Assembly: GCA_965248755.1 (NCBI GenBank)
Contig: OZ252149.1
Span: forward strand, 2,144,001 to 2,208,000
Length of the DNA stretch: 64,000 bases
Direction of reading: 5' to 3'
Origin: Candidatus Latescibacterota bacterium
Lineage (GTDB): Bacteria > Latescibacterota > CBDEFO01
Part shown: positions 58,331 to 64,000 of the stretch, in pieces
How the letters are laid out: each line of letters starts with the position of its first letter
Numbering within the stretch: position 1 is the stretch's first letter
Program-made: the position numbers and the translations under genes
Notes under the pieces: generated by a model
Told to the model about the DNA's origin: nothing
Database searches by the model: none
Seen by the model: the letters and a program-made list of their open reading frames with translations, nothing else

Positions 58331-58888
58331 TTATAGGTTTCTGATTTTAACACGTCCATTTACAAGATTTATAAATCTCATCAAAATCCCTCCGAAGAGA
58401 AAGAGGGATATTCCCACCGCTATAGTAAGTTCCTTGGAGAACAGAGCTAAGATCTCTGCAGTGATGCTTATATACGGCGACAGCGCTTCTGCCGTGTTTC
58501 GAATATCAAGGAGCGCTGAGACCATCTCCGATGCCACATTTAACGGACCGATCACATAGACATATGAGATCAGAGTCAATCCGAGCAGCAATAATAACGA
58601 GGCCAAGGCCACAGCGGGTTTCAAGACGACTTCGAGGATGCGATGGAGGAGGGGTACATTTGCTTTTCCATATGTGTAGGGCAACCTGCCCATAACGCTT
58701 TTGACGAAATCTTCAGGCGGAGCTATCGGGGGCGTCTTCTCTGTGAGTGTTATGACTTTCCTCAACGATTCTAATTCCTTTTTGCAAGATGGACAGTCTT
58801 CTATGTGCTTTTCGATTTCTTTTCGCTGAGGCTCTATAAGCCTCCCGTCTATGTAGACTTGAAGATGGTTCCCTATGGCTTTGTGCAT
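58331..58888 (-). CDS. zf-HC2 anti-sigma factor
   Basis: L..YIDG.L...IEKHIEDCPSC followed by TM helices. Confidence 0.85.
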   Translation of the reverse strand: MHKAIGNHLQVYIDGRLIEPQRKEIEKHIEDCPSCKKELESLRKVITLTEKTPPIAPPEDFVKSVMGRLPYTYGKANVPLLHRILEVVLKPAVALASLLLLLGLTLISYVYVIGPLNVASEMVSALLDIRNTAEALSPYISITAEILALFSKELTIAVGISLFLFGGILMRFINLVNGRVKIRNL

Positions 58889-59453
58889 TTTTGCATGCTC
58901 CGTTTATATCAGATCTTTCAATAGTACTCTGCAGTATCTTTCTTGCTCTGAACAGTCTCCCCATCACCGTTCCTGTTGGTATATCAAGTATTTCCGCTAT
59001 CTCCTCGTACGCACAGTCCTGTAAATGTCTGAGAATTACGACCGACCTGTAATGTTCTGGAAGCGAGTCTATAGCTCTTTGTACCTCCATTCTTATATCT
59101 TTGGATTCTAACTCCACATCAGGGGCGTCTTTGTCGTCTGGAATCTGAGGTGCATCCTCCTCGTCTGTGGAGACCGTACGATTTGTTCCGCTTCTGAGTC
59201 TATCGACACACAGGTTGGTAGTTATTTTAAAGAGCCACACTCTGAATTTGAGATTTCTCTTAAATGTCCGTAGTGACCTGTAGGATCTAAGCCAGGCTTC
59301 CTGAGCGATGTCCTGTGCCTCTTCTTTGTTTTGAAGCATTCGATACGCGATGTTGTAGACGGGAACTTGATAGCGCACAACTAAGCTTTCAAAGGATCTT
59401 TTATCTCCCTTTAGCGTCCTTTTAACAAGCGTTATATCGTTCTGCTCAGGCAT
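58713..59453 (-). CDS. ECF sigma factor (SigW-like) with an anomalous C-terminal extension
   Basis: AQDIAQEAW, FRVWLFKI and YEEIAEILDIPTGTVMGRLFRAR. Confidence 0.9.
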   Translation of the reverse strand: MPEQNDITLVKRTLKGDKRSFESLVVRYQVPVYNIAYRMLQNKEEAQDIAQEAWLRSYRSLRTFKRNLKFRVWLFKITTNLCVDRLRSGTNRTVSTDEEDAPQIPDDKDAPDVELESKDIRMEVQRAIDSLPEHYRSVVILRHLQDCAYEEIAEILDIPTGTVMGRLFRARKILQSTIERSDINGACKNAQSHREPSSSLHRREAYRASAKRNRKAHRRLSILQKGIRIVEESHNTHREDAPDSSA

Positions 59454-59473
59454 AGGCTTTTCTCTCTTTATGT

Positions 59474-59502
59474 ACTACGAGGGAATGACCTGAAATATTT
59501 CA
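59474..59502 (-). promoter_or_regulatory. Putative autoregulatory ECF promoter
   Basis: TGAAAT-N17-CGTA just upstream of the sigma gene, similar to the B. subtilis SigW consensus TGAAAC-N16-CGTA. Confidence 0.55.
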
Positions 59503-59658
59503 CTTTTTTCGGAAGTAGGCAAAAAATAACCTCCGGTCTTTATTGACCGAAGGTATTGCGTTTCCATCAGAAAAAGGAAAGGGCGGGAATTTAGGAGCGG
59601 TGGTCATGCATTGTATGGGGTCTTCGGGCTAGGAGAAGATGAACATGCTTCGGGGCAC

Positions 59659-60609
59659 CTAATAGAGAGTTTCATGTGATATTTCTCTAACGGAGACACC
59701 TTTCTTTGCAAGAATAAGAACGAAATCAACGCGCTTCGCTATCATCTTGTTTGCATAGACAGTAATGGAAAGATCAAGGCGTCTCTTATAGTTTTTGCCC
59801 CTTTTCATTTTCACTTGAATATTTCCCAATGATAGATTCAGACCACGGTGTATGACTTCCTTGATAGTGTATATGTATATCTTTTGACCTGGATTCACGT
59901 TTGAGGCATCTCTGAACTGCACAGATGGCATAATCAGCTCACAGTCTGTTGGATTCTCGACGACTAGGTTAACCTTAACGTGTTCCGCAATTGCACTTGA
60001 TCTATTCTCCACTAAAAGTGGGATTAGGAACACCAGATCTTCCTCAATCTTGACCTGCTCACAACTGAACGCGGGATGTAGATCGGGACTATCCGTTGCT
60101 GCGAATAGTCTCTTTATCATCTCATAAGGTGCTTTTACAAATTCGTCTTCTGCTCGAAAGTACAACACGTTTTCTTCATTCTACATCACTGGATCGCCTA
60201 ATCTTTTTGGTATATGAATAACAACAATCCCTCTAGTGTCGGTTTTCTTTTGCCTTAGTATCTTGGTTTGAGCAGTGAGTATTGGAGGTGTCGCAACAGT
60301 CGGTATAGCTCGGCGAATCTGCTGTTCAAAGGGTCCAATATTGCCGATAGGTTCAAGTTGTGTTAGAACATCCAACCCTGTGGGGGCTTGTTTCGTCGTG
60401 CTGATGCCATAAATTATTAGTCCGCCTTGTGTATTGCAAAAACCAGATACCGCCTGTCCTAACTGACGCTTTATATCTTTCGTAGTGCGAGATCCCCCTG
60501 CAGTTTTACACTCGAGGTAAAGCCCCTCACTTTCCCTGTCTTCAATTAGCTGTTCTAATCGTTTGTATGAAGACAAGTCCTTGTAAACTTCGTTGGACGC
60601 GTCAGCCAC
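59659..60609 (-). pseudogene. Schlafen/AlbA_2-domain gene interrupted by one in-frame TAG
   Basis: EGLYLECK..AVSGFCNTQGGLIIYGI; GDPVM*NEENVLYFR continues in frame across TAG 60181-60183. Confidence 0.75.
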
Positions 60610-60834
60610 GGCACCCCTCCTAAGGCAACATAATTTATCCACTGAAATGGTAATGATAACTCAAAAGGATCCCAAGATTACAAACTTTCACCTTCCAAGT
60701 CAAGTGCTTTTCATCCCCTTTTCAAAGCCATCACTCCTCAACCGTCATCTTTCTTCTCTTTCAAACTGGATACATCCATCCACAAGATCAGATTTTTCCC
60801 CAAACTATAGGTTTTTGGCCCATAGAAGATCATA

Positions 60835-60875
60835 ATGAAAATGACCGGGTCACATTCGATCCGGTCATTTTTCAT
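60835..60875. terminator. Bidirectional terminator-like hairpin
   Basis: ATGAAAATGACCGGGTC-ACATTC-GATCCGGTCATTTTTCAT. Confidence 0.75.
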
Positions 60876-60894
60876 AGCTTCTGCGAAAGACGAA

Positions 60895-61105
60895 ATTGAG
60901 CCTATGGACTGCAACTTCGTTGAGGCTTGTCAGAACCAAAGTTGTGCACTATCCAAAGCTTCAGCACATAACTTATAGCTTCCTTTGCAGTGAAACGTCC
61001 ACCGCGGGGAGTTACCATAGGTTAGCTGACGATGGACCTACTTACGAGGCCCCCCAGAAGTATGGAGAAACCTCTACTAGGAAAGAAATAGCCTATAGCA
61101 TCTGG
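60895..61105 (-). ncRNA. Candidate structured RNA of unknown family downstream of rpsU
   Basis: Several helices found by eye, with G-U pairs consistent with the minus strand, and a 7-bp loop-to-3' complementarity. Confidence 0.4.
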
Positions 61106-61138
61106 CATCCAACTAATCTTACCTTGTGCTCTTCCCTA

Positions 61139-61330
61139 TCATTCGGATGAGCTGAATCTTAACTTCCTCCGCTTTGCTGAATTAATCTTGCGTTTCCGTC
61201 TTTCACTTGGCTTTTCAAAGTGCTGGTGCTTTTTTATATCGGACATTATACCAGCCTTCTCACACGTCTTTTTGAACCTTCTAAGTGCTTTTTCAAATGG
61301 CTCTTTTTCTCTAACAGTAACGCCAGCCAT
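61139..61330 (-). CDS. rpsU: 30S ribosomal protein S21
   Basis: EPFEKALRRFKK..HFEKPSERRKRK. Confidence 0.95.
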   Translation of the reverse strand: MAGVTVREKEPFEKALRRFKKTCEKAGIMSDIKKHQHFEKPSERRKRKINSAKRRKLRFSSSE

Positions 61331-61390
61331 GCAAAAACTTCCCCTCCTTTCCTTAGCAATTTGCACCTCTATATTTAATAGCTACAAACG

Positions 61391-61419
61391 AATATAAACA
61401 ATTTGAAGTCGTATTGCAA
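61391..61419 (-). promoter_or_regulatory. Sigma70 promoter of rpsU
   Basis: TTGCAA-N17-TATATT on the minus strand. Confidence 0.6.
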
Positions 61420-61689
61420 ATACTTTTTGAATTCTAAAGACCTCGATGTTCATCTTTTCAATCTAATTCTATCGAAAACTGGTACCATGTGTCTTTGCTC
61501 GAAACCTTGAGAATACAAGCTTAGAGGCTACTTTCCTCTTGACAAGTTGTTGACTTTTTGGTACCTTGATGCAAGCTAATAAGCTTGTGTCTTCGGTGTG
61601 ATCTGCTTCCTAAGAGATTCACCCAGATGCTCCTGGCCACAACGTGAAGAAAGAGGGATTGAAATATCTCTTATCTCTAGGGAGGAAAG

Positions 61690-62472
61690 ATGAAAGTTGA
61701 AAAATTACCCCGCCAGTTATTTGCCCTTTTCTGTCTTTTGATCTTCGGATTTCTAAGCTGCGGAGATGATGATAGCCCAACAGGGCCTGTCAACAACCCG
61801 CCTCAGATAAACTCCATCCGACCAGAGCGCGCTAAGGTAAGTATCCAGGAGACAATCGTCATCGTCGCGGAGGTCGTGGATGCAGAAAATGATCTCCTTA
61901 ACTACAGTTGGACCAGCGACGGAGGGACATTTCCTGAAGGATCTACGGCGGCTGAAGTAAAATGGCAAGCTCCTTTGCAGCCGGGAATATACATGATCAC
62001 ACTTACGGTGGGGGACGGGAAAGATCAGTCAACAAGAAGTAAAACAATAGAAGTAGTCTCAGGCGTCACAGAGCTTTCGATAGGCTCCACTCCCACGATA
62101 GATGCAAATCCTGGGGACAGTATCCAAATCCCTATCATAATGGATAATGTCGAACCTGTCCGTGGACTCCAGATGGACATAACTGCCGACATGAGCAAAA
62201 TAACCTTCGGTGACCCTGAGATGACCGAAAGGGTCCCGGATGGTTTTAATATAGCTTCCAATATTATAGAACCGGATACGCTCAGGATAATACTCTTTCC
62301 AATCCCTGACGAAGTAATACCGCCTGGGTCAGGTCCTATAATAAATATCCCCGCTGTAGCAAAAGAAGTGCCTGTGGATATATCCTTTGTTCCTGACGCG
62401 ACGTTCGCAAGCGATGCGTCAGAGCCTCCCCTTTCCATACCGCTGAATCTGACTAACGTCAGAATCGAATAA
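61690..62472 (+). CDS. Lipoprotein with PKD/Ig-like and cohesin-like domains
   Basis: Lipobox FLSC; NNPPQI..D.END.LNYSW; VRGLQMDI..IPPGSGPI. Confidence 0.7.
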   Translation: MKVEKLPRQLFALFCLLIFGFLSCGDDDSPTGPVNNPPQINSIRPERAKVSIQETIVIVAEVVDAENDLLNYSWTSDGGTFPEGSTAAEVKWQAPLQPGIYMITLTVGDGKDQSTRSKTIEVVSGVTELSIGSTPTIDANPGDSIQIPIIMDNVEPVRGLQMDITADMSKITFGDPEMTERVPDGFNIASNIIEPDTLRIILFPIPDEVIPPGSGPIINIPAVAKEVPVDISFVPDATFASDASEPPLSIPLNLTNVRIE

Positions 62473-62522
62473 CCCAACCGGAGAATAAACGGAGTTTTTC
62501 CCAGACTTGCTACCAGGTAGTC

Positions 62523-63038
62523 ATGTCGAAATGTAAATTAAATGAAACGGACTCTCTCTCCGATCAGATGACTTTCGAGTTTCCGGGCGCGGATGTGACG
62601 AAGGATCAGATGTTAGATGTTCCTTGTAGCTATTGTTCAAAGCTTGTCCAGATGCCCGAATGGTACGTCAAGCATGGACTGAAGCTCCATTTTTGTGACA
62701 GCGAGTGTTTCGAGAAATGGAAAAGGGAGGCGGATAAGGAGTCCCTTATCCGTTTAGACGGGCACCCTGACAAAAGAGGGGGGAACTGGGAATCGCAGGC
62801 TCAACAGGCAAGAGAAAGGGACCTTTACACTTGCCAAACATGCGGTGCCACCGAGAAAGAATTGGGAAAGCAGTTGGACGTGCATCACATTCTGCCATAC
62901 CGGATGTTCAAGTCGAACGTGGAAGCGAACAGGCTGGAGAACCTGATCTGTGTGTGTCACTCCTGCCACCGGAAAATAGAGGCCGAGACGGACCGTTCGC
63001 TGCCGCTCTTTGCAAAACCTAAAGGCGAAAGAAAGTGA
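62523..63038 (+). CDS. HNH endonuclease with an N-terminal zinc finger
   Basis: CSYC..FCDSEC; RDLYTCQTCG..LDVHHI..NLICVCHSCH. Confidence 0.88.
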   Translation: MSKCKLNETDSLSDQMTFEFPGADVTKDQMLDVPCSYCSKLVQMPEWYVKHGLKLHFCDSECFEKWKREADKESLIRLDGHPDKRGGNWESQAQQARERDLYTCQTCGATEKELGKQLDVHHILPYRMFKSNVEANRLENLICVCHSCHRKIEAETDRSLPLFAKPKGERK

Positions 63039-63150
63039 GATTGCTTCGTCAGACAGGAGGTCTGACCCACTGTGCTTGGTAGTAGGATAGACATTTTCGT
63101 CTGTCCTGTTCAAGCCCAAAGCCAGTCACATTATTACGAACGCCCTAAAC

Positions 63151-63221
63151 TGTCATTGCGAGCCAAGCGACCCCGAAGGAGCCCCCGATAGATTCAATCG
63201 GGGGGAAGCGGAACCAATCTC
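63151..63221. repeat. GTCATTGCGAG...CAATCTC-type repeat carrying a nested CCCCCGATAGATTCAATCGGGGG palindrome
   Basis: Nested copy at 63182-63205; a complementary GAGATTGCTTCG lies at 63037. Confidence 0.6.
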
Positions 63222-63245
63222 ATAGAAAAGTCCAGGTGATAAGAG

Positions 63246-64000
63246 TTGATCGGAAGCATTCTAGGCACGCTGGCATTTGCAGGTTTTACGGTAGGAAGTC
63301 AATACTATATCTATCCCAAGGTGGTGGCTTTTACGGAGGGATACGGCAGCTTTAAAAGCCTGACCGCTACGTTTTTTGTCTATATGAATCTGCCCTGGTT
63401 ATTTCTGTTCTTCTGGAAAAATTCTCAGAATCTATTTCCCGAATGGACAATCTGGGCTGTGATATTTCCCTTTGCGGTGTGGACCACAGGATCTTTAATT
63501 CTTCTGCCCTTTCTGCTTCTAAACGATTGGGCTCTTTTAATCAAGGATGGTATCTTGAAGATAATTCGCAGGGGCAGTGCCAGCTTGCCCCTGCATTCAA
63601 GCGAGAGGAAATTTTCGCCTATAAATTCCCTAATCAGACGAAACTTCATCAAGAAACTCTCCTTCGGTGTGGCGTCTTCTCCTTTTATCTCTTCCACTTA
63701 CGGAGCCTTGCACCAATCTAATCTAAGAAGTACGATGTCACAAACGTTGAGGTAGAGCTTGACAACCTTCCTGATGCTCTTAACGGGCTTAAAATCGCTC
63801 ACGTAACCGACTTTCACTCGGGCATATTTGTGGACAAAGAAAACTTAGATGAGGTGGTCGCTATAACGAATGGGCTTGAGGCAGACATTGTAGCTCTGAC
63901 AGGAGATTTTGTATCTCATTCGACAAGGTATATCGCCCCTTGTGAGAAGGCTCTGTCCCGATTGAGGTCAAAATACGGCATCTACGGGTGCCTTGGCAAT
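63246..64000 (+). pseudogene. YkuE-like membrane metallophosphoesterase, frameshifted and 3'-partial
   Basis: A tandem AATCT duplication at 63715-63724 breaks the frame. The other frame continues LKIAHVTDFHSG..LTGDFV..YGCLGN. Confidence 0.8.

Noticed and set aside
39976..60183. Amber recoding (pyrrolysine or stop reassignment)
   Set aside because: Many intact genes here end in TAG (e.g. pyk, clpX, trkA), and no pyl genes are visible.
60895..61105. Assignment as c-di-AMP riboswitch, tmRNA, RNase P, SRP or 6S RNA
   Set aside because: Only a 13-nt resemblance to the ydaO motif was found; the hallmark sequences of the other RNAs are absent.

Overview
Bacterial chromosomal window. The lineage is probably an FCB-associated candidate phylum such as Latescibacterota, inferred from the C-terminal TWGxIK motif, the FlgD-Ig tails and the DUF6785-like paralogs. 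1-20 kb is a co-oriented cell-envelope locus: two paralogous large exported proteins, a parvulin chaperone, a CBM9-like secreted protein, three FlgD-Ig-tailed secreted proteins and three copies (one internally deleted) of a DUF6785/DUF6784-like membrane transporter, built by visible tandem duplications. Next come a Tat-exported xanthine-dehydrogenase-family operon, sixA, pyk, an ABC importer, trkA, tRNA-Leu(TAG), tig-clpP-clpX-engB, catabolic genes, ferritin and a porin/beta-propeller/PhnD-like/hybrid-kinase module. An IS3 element splits a sigma70 promoter. The last part holds secG, gap, a cNMP-domain gene coupled to a PIN toxin, an ECF sigma/anti-sigma operon, an AlbA_2 gene with an amber stop, rpsU and further accessory genes. 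The best candidates for undescribed biology are (1) a cNMP-binding domain fused to a VapB-like tail and coupled to a VapC-like nuclease, (2) the surface-protein plus DUF6785 uptake-like locus with locally diversified paralogs, and (3) a multi-helix, possibly pseudoknotted RNA downstream of rpsU. All family assignments come from motif recognition by eye; no database searches were run.
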